From assembly GCA_965112735.1 (NCBI GenBank), contig OZ218954.1, positions 3,472,001-3,536,000 of the forward strand: 64,000 nt of DNA. Direction: 5' to 3'. A program made the position numbers and the translations under genes. Of this stretch, positions 13,116 to 25,939 are shown piece after piece (the stretch's first letter is position 1; each line of letters begins with the position of its first letter). Origin of the DNA: Phaeosaccion multiseriatum. Its lineage: Eukaryota > Protista > Ochrophyta, other classes. The notes under the pieces are model-generated. The model was not told where the DNA came from. It was given only the letters and a program-made list of their open reading frames with translations, and did no database searches.

Positions 13116-14361
13116 GATTTCCCGTAAAGCCCACACAGACACACCCCGCGCCTGAGCCCTCGTAGGCCACCCAGACAAGGCTTGAGATACCAAAGGAGAG
13201 AGAAGGAAATAGGTCTATACACGGGAGTGAAGGGTACGACGCACTGGGGGGAGGCGGAGACGAAGATGTGAGCGCGGAATGGATTCGAATGGAAGGAGCC
13301 CAGGCTACACGCGTTGGCTCTCTTTCGCCATCTGTGATCACTTCCAGTCATACGGGCCATCAACCCGGGGAAAGTCGGCGAGATGCAAAGAACAGGCAGG
13401 CGAAAAGAGAAGGACAAGCTGCAAACAAACACCCCCTGCTCTTTCGGACCCTACCTGACTTCTACCGAGGCCTTCAGGATAACCTGCCGTCTACGCGGAG
13501 GACTGAAAATCACAAGGTAAAACCTTGAAAAGAAGAAGTTGGTTTCATATTGCATCCGTCTATTGTAGCAGTGTGAGGAGCGGTGGGACATTTCTTTGCC
13601 GCAGCTGAGTGGTGAAGAAGACCATACTCTGGCGTCTCTTCCCCCTTTGGCTCCACTCCACCATCTGCACGCTTGCTTCCCTTCCCCTTCTTGCCGAATA
13701 TACACAAGTGACCGCCGGCCCCGACCGTACCTCCCTCGGAGAGGTCTTGCCAGACATGCTCTGAACCCGCCCCGCCCCTTCCCAGTCCCCCTATTCCACA
13801 TCGCTACGTTCTTTTGTCTTCTCTTCTTGTTAGCACCATTGCATTTGCTCTGTCTCTCTTCCCCCCCCCACCTCCTGCGTACCTCTCTCCACACCGCCCC
13901 CTCTTCCTTGATTACAGTCACCCCCCCCACCATTGAGCCCACCCCACCGCTGGCAATCGAGACGTGCTATCTCAGCCGCAGCGTCGAGCATGTGTTCACG
14001 ATACTGCAGCAACGGCGAGTGAGCCCCTACCCCACCCACCCCTGCTGTTGTACTTTCCTCTCTTCTTTATGCTCTGTGTACCTTGTCGTCCAGGGCAAGC
14101 ACTGGGAAGAAAGACAGTACAAGACAAGCGCCTTCTATCTAAAGAAGATGGGCCAGGGCTCAGCAAGTGGAGGGATGGCTCACGTCAAGCAGAACTAACC
14201 AGAGGGAGAGCGGCCACGGAGGAAGAGCGCCTGGAAGGCCGAACAGCGAAAGGAGGCAGCCAGCGAAACGGGCGAGGGCGAAAGCGAGTAGAGTAGAGTA
14301 GAGCAGCACAGAGAAGAGAAGTTGGTGATTAAGAGCGGAGCAGGAGCAGGAGCACTTTCAA

Positions 14362-17300
14362 ATGCTCAACTCCATCGGCTCCATGCAGCCAACTGCGGGA
14401 TGCATGTCCGCAGCAGGGGCGACGGGAGTTGCGCTACCTGGAGTTGGAGCTGGAGCTGGTGCACCACCGACTGCAGCGGCGGGAGTGGGCGTGGGAGTGG
14501 GAGGGGGGGGCGGAGGCGGAGGAGGCGGCGTAGGTATGGCGAGTGGCAGAGCGGTATTGCAACCCATCCCCATCGACTTTGACATCACATGGGGGCAACT
14601 CCAGCAGGCGCTCTTAGCGGTGCTTCGAGAAATTGGATCAGGGTTCTCCAACGACCTCTGGCTGCGACTGTACACGTCTGTGTATTACCTTTGCACTAAC
14701 CCCAAGGACCCTCAGGAGGGCAAGCTCTATGAGAGCCTCAAGGTGGGTAGATGGCAGTGGATGGGTGGGTGATGGGTGGATGGCAGTGGGTGGGTGGGTG
14801 ATGGGGGTGGATGGCAGTGGATGGTAGTGTAAAGATGGATGGGTACTGTGTGTCCTGCGTTCTATCTCTCTCTCTGCCTCACACTTTCCCTTTCTTCCTC
14901 TCTCCCTCCCTCTCTCTCTCTCTCTCTCTCCTGCCTCCCTCCTTCCCTTTACTCCTTCCTTCCTTCCCTCCCCAGCACCTCTTGGAGCAACACTCAGAAG
15001 CGGTGCTTGGAGCGCTGACGGAGTTCGACCAAAAGACGACACGCTCCTCCACAGATGTACTGAGGAAGTACAGAGACGCCTTCAACAACTACAGGTACAC
15101 GGGCACTGAGTGAGACAGGAGGAAGGAGGGGGGAAGGTGCAGGCCTCCCTCACTCACTCACTCACTCAACTCACTCACTCACTCACTCACCCACTCACAC
15201 CACTCACCCACCCACCCCATCCTATCCCATCCACTGCCATCCCTTTTCTGCGCTTCAACAATACAGCGTGGGCATGCAGTACAGCTCCAACCTGTTCAAG
15301 TACCTGGACCGCCACTGGATCAGCAACAACCACTGCGAGACGGGAAGGTGGGTGGTAGATGGCAACATATGGTAACAGATGGATCATTCGGATGGATCGT
15401 ATCGAACGATGGTGCTTTCTGTCTACATCTGCCGTACGGTGCCACCCTCTCCTCACTTGTATTACACCCCTCCTCCATCCACTGCCATCTATCTATCTAT
15501 CTATCTATCTATATATCTATCCATCATCTATGTTTGTGTCAGATCGCCCAAGGACGGTGTGTACTTCGTGAACGAGCTTGCCCTGCGTGTGTGGAAGAAG
15601 ACGGTATTCGAGCGTCTCAAGGGACGACTCCGAACGTGCATCATTCAGGTCTGAGGAATGGGGGGGAGGGAGAGAGCTTGTGTGTGTGTGTGTGTGTGCG
15701 TGTGTGTGTGCGTGTGTGTGTGTGTGAAGTAGAGAGAGAGCGTGTGTTGGAGAGAGAGCGTGTGTGTGTGAGAGAGAAAGGGAGGGAGGCAGGGAGAAGG
15801 ATGTGTGTGTGTGAGTGTGTGTGTGTGTGTGTATTTGACAAGCCATGACCAACGAATCACCGACCGCTCTCCGCTGTCCTCTGCCCCCTGCACATGAAGG
15901 TGATCAACTCCGCCCGTGAGGCCAACTGCAAGGACCTCTCCGACGGCGGCATGGTGAAGCAGATCCTCGAAACGTACGAGGTACTGGGCTTCGAGAAGGG
16001 AGATCGATCCGAGCTATTCCAAGAGGTAATGGGTGTCAGAAGAAGGGAGAGTGTCGGGACAGAGCAAAGTGCTCTCAGATCATCCTGTATCTGCTTTCAG
16101 CTCATCCTCCCACTCCTAACCCATCCCACCTCACTCTCTCTCTCTCTCTCTCTCTCACTCACGCTCTCTCCGCCTCTCCGCCTCTCCCCTCTCCCCTCTC
16201 AGGAGCTGGAGAACTTTGTGGTTTCTGAAACCGAAGTGTACTTTACCCTGAAGGGCAACACGCTCCTGCAGTACATGGAAGTGCCCGCCTACCTCGAGGA
16301 GGTGAGAGGGCGGCGCCCGCACGTTAGGGGCGTGTCCTTTCGTTAGGGGTAAATTGGTTGAATTCTCGGGTTACATAGATTGGGCCTCCCCCCACTTACC
16401 TGTAGTGAGTGAATGAGTGAGTGAGTCAGTCAGTCATTCAGCTTCTTCCCTTACCCCCCCCACACTCACCCACCCACACTCACACCCACGCTCCCACTCC
16501 CACTCCTGGTTCCTCTTCAACATTACCTTCACCGCCCCCTCCCCACCCCAAAGGTTGAGCGTCACCTGAGTCTTGAGTCAAGCCGTTGCCAATCCTTTGT
16601 GGGCAGTTACAGCCAGAGCAGGATCCTAGCCGCTGCGCAGGGGGCACTCATTGCCGCACACGCAAGCAGGCTTGTCGTGGAGGTGAGTGAGTGTGTGTGT
16701 GTGCGTGTGCTCTTCGATGGGCTGTTGATGGACTGTTGACTTACTGCTGGTGAACTGTTACGTACCTACTCTTTTGGGGTTGGAGCGGTAAGAGTGGCGC
16801 TGGGGTTAGGCGTAGCATTTGTCGCATGGGGACTGGGTGGGATAGGGTATAGGGTGTGTGTTTTGCCCTCTCCTTCCCTTCCCGCCTTTTTCCCTCCCCC
16901 CCCCCCTCTCCCTCGTGCCTACGATACCCACTCAATCCAACCCCAACCCAAACACAAACAAACACAAAACGAAACAAACAAACAAACAAACAAACACAAC
17001 CACACACACAAAACGAAACAAACAATCAATCAAACAGGCCCACTCCATGCTGACGGCGGCTCCCGAGAAGAGAGACGACCTCCGACGGTTACACACCCTC
17101 ATCTCCTATCTCGAGGAGGACGAAGACGAGTCCGTGGGGGGCGTGGTGGGGGAGGTGGTGGGGGGCAAGGCAGCCCGACCCGGAAACGGGGCCATGGAGG
17201 CCCTGCAGGACGTTGTAAGGGAGGTGAGTGAGTTGGGAATCGGGTGGGTGGGTGAGTGGATGTGTATGGCCCTGTTCTTAACCTTGTAAGTACCTTCTAC

Positions 17301-20300
17301 GTCTTTTTTCCCTCCACTCCTCACCTGTCCCTCCCTCCCATGAACCTTCGGAACAGCACATCCGTTCTGTGGGTCTGCGAGTGGTGAAGGACCTTCACGA
17401 GCAGGCTCGCATCGAAGATGATCATGCCGCCAAAGCAGCAGGGAGTGCGAGTGCCAGCTCCGCTGGGGCATATCCGAGCGATGCTGTCGCTATGGATACA
17501 GGAGGAGGGGGAGGGGTCACCGAAGGGAAGGCGGTGTTGCTGAAGAGGAGCAGCAGCAGCAGCAGTATGGGTCACCGAAGGAGATCGTCACTCTCCTCCG
17601 GGGCGGGGAAGGACGGACGCGGCAGCGAGGACGTTGTGCTGGCCATGCTACGGGTGAGTCCTTCACACGTTGGTCATTCGTCATTCGGCCATGCGAAATC
17701 ATCAGACAGAACCGTTCCACTTTTGACCATGACGGAAGGCCTCCATGGGTACAGTCACATACACGCACGCAGTCACGCATTCTGTCGGGTCACCATTGGC
17801 ACAGTTGGTGCATTACCAGGACGGGTAGGGGGTAGGGGGGCCCAGTCAATCACTTTCTCCCCTCCCTCCCTCCCTCCTCTTCTCCTCCCTTCTCTGCTCG
17901 TCTGTTCTCTCTCTCATTCTCACCTCCTCTCTACCTCCCACTCTCTCTGTCCTCTCTGTCCTTCGTCCCCAGGTATACGAACATTACAAGCAGCTCGTCA
18001 AGGACAGCTTTAAGGACTCACACGCTTTCGGAAAGGTTGGTGAAAGCAGTTTCGGCTCGAGATATTTTGGACTGTCGGTATCGAATTCCTCAACCTATCC
18101 CACCCACTGCCATCCAGTACCATCCACAGCATCCACTGTATCCACTGCCATCTCACCTACTACCATCCACTGCCATCTTTATGCTTGTCCCTAAGGTGCT
18201 GGACGAGGCGTGCAAGTCCTTTGTGAACAGCGTGCCCAGGGCCCCGGAGTGGCTCGCTCGGTATGCCCACTGCCTGCTCGACAAGGTAAGCGAGTTGGTT
18301 ATACAGAGGGAGGGAGGGAGAAGAAGGGAGAGAGGCACACACACGCATACACACACACACATTGCCAATGCAATTGGTTCGCAATTCTCAAGCGACGTGA
18401 CGTGTATTCACGGCTACTCACAACTGGCGTCTGTCGTATCTGTCTGTATGTGCAGGGCTTCAAGGAGAGCCGTGTTGATCACATCGCTCGGCAGGACGCC
18501 CTGGACAGAGTGGGCTTCCTCTTCTCCTACATCTCCGACAAAGACGTGTATCAGAGATGCTACGGCAAGCTCCTCAGTAAGCGTATCATTCAGGTGGGGA
18601 AGCTTGGGTGGCGGGGGGTGGGGTAGGTTGGGGGTGGTGTGGTTGGGGCGGCATGGCAGTGGATGGCAGTGAATGGTGGGTGGTTGGTTGGGAGGATGGT
18701 TGAGTGAGTGGTTGGTTGGTGGTCTTTTCATTCGTTCGCGCCCCTTCCCACCCTTCTTCTGACTCTGCCCCGTCCGTCCGTCCCTCCCTCCCCCTCCCTC
18801 CCTCCCTCCCTCCCTCCCTCCCTCCCTCCCTCCCTCCCTCCCCCCAGCTGACGAGTGTGAGTGACGAGGCTGAGGAGCGTATGCTGTCAAATATGCGCCT
18901 AACTGAGGGGTGCGGCTTTGAGTTCACTTCCAAGCTGCAGAGGATGTTTGTTGACAAGGCCCTCTCTAGGGACCTGCACACAGGTGTGTGTGTGTGTGTG
19001 TGGGTGGGTGCGTATGTGTGTGTGTGTACGTCTCTGTGTGAGTTTGTGAGTGTGTGTGTCTGTGTGTGCTAAATAATGTATGCACTTGTCCCTGGTGTCA
19101 GTCAGTACATTTATGTCCGTCGGTGACTGACACGTATCAGGAGAGCAGAGTCTTTAATTTTTTTGGTCCTTGCTGACAACCTCTGACCTTCCTACCCAAC
19201 CTGCCCACCCTCTGCCCCCCCCCCCCCCCCAACTAAGGCTACATGGGGTGGTACGAGCGGCGAACGTTGGCAGCGAAGAGCTTTATGGACCAACAAATGG
19301 AGATCGCAACAAAAGGCGCAGCAGCAGCAGCAGCAGCAGCAGCGGGGGGGGGGGTGGGTGGCCGGGGCGGGGGTGGCGGGGGCAGCGGGTCGTGCAGACA
19401 CATACAGCACTCCGACTTGGGCCTTGGGATGCCCCATCTGCTGCAGCAGCTGCCCAGCCGCTTTAATGACCACTTTAAGCGCAGCAGTAGCACGGGAGCA
19501 GGTACGTAACGGCAACGGCGAACATTTACGCGTAACAGCCTGTGGGGTTGAATATGTCAGCGATGTTGAGTTGTGTCAATGACACCTCTCAGTGTTTTGC
19601 CAAGTGTGAGCGTCCTCCCAACGATAGTCCTGTCCTGACACCTTGTGTTTATGGGCGTCTTTCCCCCTTCTCCTTCTCCCATTCGTCCCCACGGAATGCA
19701 CCAGTTGGTCATGCATGTGTATGTATGTACGTATGTATGTATGTCTGTATGTGTCTGAAAGTCTGCAACGCGGTTCTGCCTTTGGTTGGCTGTCTGTCCC
19801 TCCTCACACCCTCCCCCAACCCCCCATTACCCCTCCCCCCCTGGGCTCCCCCCCCCCCCTGGACTTGCCTTCGATACGTCATCCGTTACGGAAGGTGGCG
19901 GTGGTAGCGGTATGGGAAACAACAACAGCGTCTTCACGTTCACAGACGATGAGGAGCACGCAAGCAGAATGATGGAGGAGATGAGTGTCAGCGGAGGAGC
20001 GGCAGCAGCAGGAGGAGCAGGAGCAGCAGGAGGGGCAGGAGGAGGAGCGGCAGCAGGAGCAGGAGCAGGAGGAGGAGCAGCAGCAGCAGCAGGAGGAGCA
20101 GGAAGGGAATATGGAGGGACGTTTGGATCCAGCCCTCCCATGAGTCCCATGTACTTCTCCCCCAAGGGTTTGAGTCCGAGGATGAACATCCTTCCCTCCT
20201 TCGCTTGGGGCAAGACCATGTTGAAGCATCTCAAGAGGCGCCACCCCCACCCCCCGGGAGGTGGCAGCGATAGGAGAGGTGAGTAATAAGTCAATGGGAG

Positions 20301-22406
20301 GTGTTGGCGATGGAGAGGTGGGTGTGAGTGGGTGGGTGCGTGTGGGTGGATGGATAGCTGTGGAGTAGCAAGGGAGGATGCTCATCCGTCTTGCGCCCTC
20401 TTTGCTCTCTCCCTCTTGTTCGTCCCCCCCCCCCTTCCTTTCTTTCTTCCTTCCTTCCTTCCTTCCTTCCTTCCTTCCTTCCCTCTTCCTTCCCTTCCTT
20501 TCCTTCCTTCCTTCCTTCCTTCCTTCTCTTCCTCCCTTTCTTCCCTTCCTTCCTTCCTCCTGTCCCTCCGGCCGTTCCCTGACTCTCTCAGGTAGCAACT
20601 CGGGTCCGAACCGCCGCTCCGGCTCCATCAGTGTAGAAGAAGGCGGCAAGATGGGGAGGGGCTCAGGGGATATGATGTGGGACTCCGGTGACGAGGTGCG
20701 CTCTCACTTACTGAGTTACTCACTCGCATACTAACTCACTCACTCGCCGACCCATCTACCCACCCCCCAACCCACCCACACTCACCCACCCACCCACTCA
20801 CTCACTCATTCACTCACTCATTCCCTCCCCGTCTCACTCGCTCGCTCACTCACTCACTCACCCACTCACTCACTCACTCACTCACCCACTCACTCACTCT
20901 CTCACTCACTCTCTCACTCATTCCCTCCCCGTCTCACTCGCTCACTCACAGGGACACCCCATCGATGGTCGGGAGGGAAGCGGCAGTGTGGGAGGCAGCC
21001 CCGGCATGGGAGGAGGCGCCAGCATGGGTCTTAGCAAGAGCGCACTGGTGCAGCTTGGAGGAGCGTTTGGTGAGTAAGTCAGCGAATTGTGTTGTGTGCA
21101 TTGTAGAGCGTGTTGGCTCGGTGGCGACAGTGCTTACGAATGTCTTTGAGTATCTGGTGCACGTGCCATATAGTGTGTGAGTGAGTGAGACGGGGAGGGA
21201 ATGAGTGAGTGAGTGAGTCCGTGAGTGGGTGAATCAGTGAGTGCGGGAGTGCATGAGCGCGTGAGTGAGTGAGTGAGTGAGTGAGTGAATGAGTGGGAGA
21301 GTGCGTGGGCGCGTGAGTGCGTGAGTGGGTGCGTGAGTGAGTCAGTGAGTTATTTAGCAAGTCAGTGAGTGAGTGAATGAGTGGGTGGGTGAGTGAGTGA
21401 GTGAATGAGTGGGTGAGTGAGTGAGTGAGTGAGTGGGTAAGTGCGTAGGTGGGTGAGTGCGTGAGTGAGTGAGAGTGAGTGAGTGAGTGAGTGAGTGAGT
21501 GCGTGAGTGATCGCATCTGCCCCCCCTCCCTCTGCCCTCTTCCCTAACTCCCTCTCCTCTCTCCCCTCTCCCGCCGCCACTCCCTCCTCTCTCCCCCCTC
21601 CTCTCTCCCCTCCCCTCATATGCCCGACCCACCCAATCATCACAGGCGGTTTTTCGGACAGGTTCTGCCTTCCCTTCGAGCCCTTTACATTCGTACTCAC
21701 AGCTGGCTGCTGGCCCCTGCTGCCCGTGCAGAGCACTTTCAAACCGCCAGAGCCCATTGAGTCATACGTGCAGGTACGTAAGGGGCATAGGAAAGGCTCA
21801 CAATCCGGCCGAGGTTGGGTCATACCACAAACTGTCGCTCGCTCTCTCTCTCTATCTCTCTCTCTCGTTTTCGCTTTCTCATCTGGATTCCTTTTAATGG
21901 TAGTACTTCATCAATTTACGAACATCCATGCACTGCCATTCATCCCCTGCACCCATATACTGCCATCCACCTACACCCGTAATAGAGTTTCTTGGAGTAC
22001 TACAACGACAAGCATACGGGCCGCAAGCTCGAGTGGCTGTACCACCTGGGGCACGGGGAGATGGCACTACACGGCATGGGCAGGTCCTACCGCATCTTTA
22101 GCTCCACCTTCCAGATGGGCATCCTGTACCAGGTAGGTTCGGTTTGTTAGAGGCATATGGGGGAGGGTCAGAGGCATATGGGGGAGAGGAGACTGGGATG
22201 GGAAGAGAGGGGAGGGGAAGGAAGGGAAGGGGAGGGGATGAGAAGTCTTGGCGAGAGCAGTGGGTGGCCTCTCTGTTCCGCTTTTCTGTAGCCCCTCCTG
22301 TGAAGTCTGGGTTGTTGCTACTCATCCGACCATCCAACTGACGAACCACGTAACCAACCTACGAACCGTTTATCTATCCATCCATGGCTGATGGAACCAA
22401 CCACAC

Positions 22407-22494
<88 letters not shown>

Positions 22495-24059
22495 CAGTTC
22501 AACAACGCAGAGTCTCTGACGGTGGATGCCCTTGCGGCGGGCAGCAACGTGAGTGTCAAGGAGATTATCCGACACCTCTATCCGCTGCTCAAGTCGGGCT
22601 TGCTGAAGCTTCGGGAAGGAGGACCAGGACCAGGAGGAGGAGGAGGAGGAGGAGGAGGAGGAGGGGGGGGGGAGGGTGGTGCTGGTAGCAGGGCTAAGCA
22701 GGAGGAGCTGGAGGGTGGTCACGTGGGTGAGTTAGTAAGGATGGCAGTGGATGGGCGGGGATGGCATGGGGTGGGATGGGAAGAGATAGGAGGAGATGGG
22801 ATGGGAGGGAAGGGGGAGTAACAAATGTTTTATTTGCGAATAGCGTTGCCCCGCTGCGCGAACGCACTCGCACTCACTCACTTACACACGCACTCACCTG
22901 TTCCTTTCCTTTGCCCCTACCCCCCCGCCCCCCCCCCACCGTCTTTGCCTGTGCCTTGCCTGTACCCCTCTCAAATGGCATCATTTGCCTTTGGCTGCCT
23001 TCTTTGCCATCTGCTACCTTCTCGTTTGGCCTTACGATTGATTTTAATGTCCATCACAGTGGACTTCAACCCCACCTTCAGCAGCTCACGGACGTGCATC
23101 AAGATCAACATTGTGGACCACTCCCGACAGCCCGCCAAGGTGGGTATAGGCGTATGGGCGAAGGGCATGTGGGCAAGCGTATCTATGCACGGTCCAGCTC
23201 TTTCCCACCACGCCTAACTATGTACCCTGTGCCCTTTGGCTGCCATCTCCCTCTCGGCTGCCATTTGCGAATCATGTGCCTTGTTTGTGTGTGTGTTGTG
23301 TGTGTGTGTGTTTGTGTGTATGTGCTTGTACAGGAGGACAGCGTCAGCAAGGAGGTGATTTCCGACCGCAAGGTCAGCCTGTCTGCTGCCATCGTTCGCA
23401 CCATGAAGGCCCGCAAAGAGGTGAGTGGGGAGAGACGGAGAGAGGGGTAGACAGAGAGAGTCAATCTCTTAGCACCATCCTTACGTTAACCCATATCATT
23501 CGTAAAGCCCAACTCCCGTTCACCTTGCGTTACCCCCTTTATCGTTGCGTTAACCCCATCCTCCCTCACGCTAACCCCTTCCTTGGCTCTGCAGCTGGAC
23601 CACGTGGGGCTCGTGCTGGAGGTGAAAAAGCAGCTTGAGCACCTCTTTATGCCGGACATGGCCATGCTCAAGAAACAGGTCAGTGTGGAGAGGGAAAGAT
23701 GTAACATATGTATATATATAATTTATGTATGTATGTATTATTGTCATGTATAGGGAGAGAGTTGGAGGAGTCAACCAGGCTATGTGAATGTGTGCATGGC
23801 TGTGGGTGTGTGTATCGGCGCCTTGAGGGAGGAAAGTGCGCAATTGTGTTGAGTGTAGTCGCTCTTGATTGTCGACTTCGATCGATTTTTGGACCCAAAA
23901 GTTTTGCATGTCGACACACACACACGCACGCACCAACGCACGCTCACACACACACACACCCACGCACGCACACACGCGCCCACCCAGGTGGAGGACCTGA
24001 TCGAGAAGGACTATTTGCAGCGCGTGGACGGGAAGGACGCGTACTTGTATCTGGCATGA
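14362..24059 (+). CDS. Cullin (CUL1/CUL2-like E3 ligase scaffold), ~24 exons, with large low-complexity insertions
   Basis: [14 protein letters not shown]...[101 protein letters not shown], neddylation motif [11 protein letters not shown], and C-terminus [23 protein letters not shown]. Exon phases are consistent except for one acceptor (see findings). Confidence 0.93.
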
Positions 24060-24622
24060 GCCAACTGTGATTCAAGGGCAGGATGATGAGCAGATGAGCG
24101 CACCTCGTTTCAGGCGTTGGAAGGCCTTTGAAACGGCAGACACGAGTTCAAAGATTGGAAGGTGAAGGTTCTGAAGAGAGAGACACATCAAGCGGCCCAT
24201 TGGAAGGTCTTCGACGGCGCGTACATTCCGCGCAGGCACTGGAAGGCCTTTCTTTGCAAAGGCATGCTTCCTGCCGTTCAATTTCCCCTTCCAACCCTGG
24301 AAGAACTATAACTATTATTACCCGTCATCACCGTCCTCGATTCGCCTTTTGCTTGGTGGGGGGTCAGTGTCTGGCTCAAGTGTCGATGTCTGCCTGGGTG
24401 CAGATGAGGAGGGCGTATTTGTCGGAGAGGCTAGACTGCTACACTCCAGTAACAGTGCGGCTGGTGCTCATGTTGGTTGTCTGTGTTTAGTCCTTGTTGT
24501 AGTTGTTAATTGTCGTCGCTGTTGTGTGTTTTTTGGGGGGGGGCTCCTCGTCAATATCAAATCAGTCCGATCAGAGTGCTGTTAAGGAACTATAAAGGCT
24601 CTGTTTGTGGGTTTGCTCGTCC

Positions 24623-25485
24623 TCACACGGGACGGAGAGAAGCTGCTATCCCGGGTGGAGGGAGTAGTCTTCGATGCTCAATCTGTCCATAACTTAGTAA
24701 ATGCAGACTCTGCTGCGATACGATGCATGTACGCACGCGTGCTCGCTCATTCAGGAAAAAACAGAGTCCAGCTTTCCCACCCCGTCCCGCCACTACGCGT
24801 CGTGCCTCGCGCTCTCTGGGCAGTCGGGGCCGCAGATGCCGCAGCCACGAGGCAGAAAGTACATGTGGCTGAAATAGGCGAACCTGTGATGGAATCGAGC
24901 GGACGGGGGCGAAAAAAGCGCTACCTGTCACTTGGTTGGGTCTAGCACTCAGTCCCTCGACAAGACTGGCCACCTCCGAGGGACTCAAGTCGCATAGCTT
25001 AGCTACCAACCGCGCCCGTTGCCTTGCCCAACTCCGCCGCCACCACACAACGCACCAGAACAGCTTGGCCTTGGAGCCCTCGAGACAGCCCTCGTCACGC
25101 CATTCGTTGAGCTGCGGTTCCACGCAGTCCTTCATGTAGGCTCGCCGCGTGGTCCAGCGGCCGTCACAGGGGCACCTCTGGTCGATCTGCCGCACCAGCG
25201 CCACATCAGAGATGCACTGCAGATTGTAGGGTAAAGAGGGGGTTGGTTGCTTTAAGCGAGATAATGGAGCCCATTGGGGGAGATGTTTCCATTGGCCTGA
25301 CAGCACCGCCCTTCTACTCGCTCGTGTGATTTACAATATACCTGCCGGATCTCGCACACAGGAGGCGCAGGGGCGGGGGCTTCGGCCTGGCCGCTCTGCA
25401 GTTGGCGAGTCTGAGCGTGCCCGGCGAGGAGGCTCGAGGACGCGGGCGCGAGGAGAAGGACCAGGCACAGCAGGAACAGCGTCAT
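24623..25485 (-). CDS. Small secreted Cys/Trp-rich protein, at least 2 exons
   Basis: Signal peptide MTLFLLCLVLLLAPASS. A phase-0 GT-AG intron at 25341-25217 joins ...VCEIRQ|CISDVALVRQIDQRCPCDGRWTTRRAYMKDCVEPQL. The 3' end is uncertain (possible further donor near 24924). Confidence 0.55.
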
Positions 25486-25939
25486 TGTCGCAGGCAAGGC
25501 GTAGACACCCATCTTTAGCTCTCGCGCTCAGCCTTCTCTCTCTCTGGCCGGCTAAGATTGCTCTAACTGCTTCGCTGGCGCTGCTCTGGCTTAAAAAGGG
25601 TTCGAGACGAATATGTCAATTGGGCAGTTGAGAAGGGATCCCTCAGGAACAGCCAGCCACAACACAGACAGCATCAGGCCACACAAACAAAAGCAGAAGC
25701 GGCACCGATGGAGGGTCATGGTGCCCTACCCTCTGCCGGGCCACCTTCGCTCGCTCCTTCGACTAGAAGCGATGCGCATCGAAGTGCACAGTTAGTCACA
25801 CAAGTAATGGAGAGAGGAAAAGGGAGTAGGTTATGAAAGAAAGGCGCCACCACAAGCGGGAGGAAAGGCACGGCAGCGCTTGGAGGCGGGTGAAGCTCGC
25901 GGCGTCCGCCACCTCGCTTAGCTGTCGCTCGCTTCGAGA

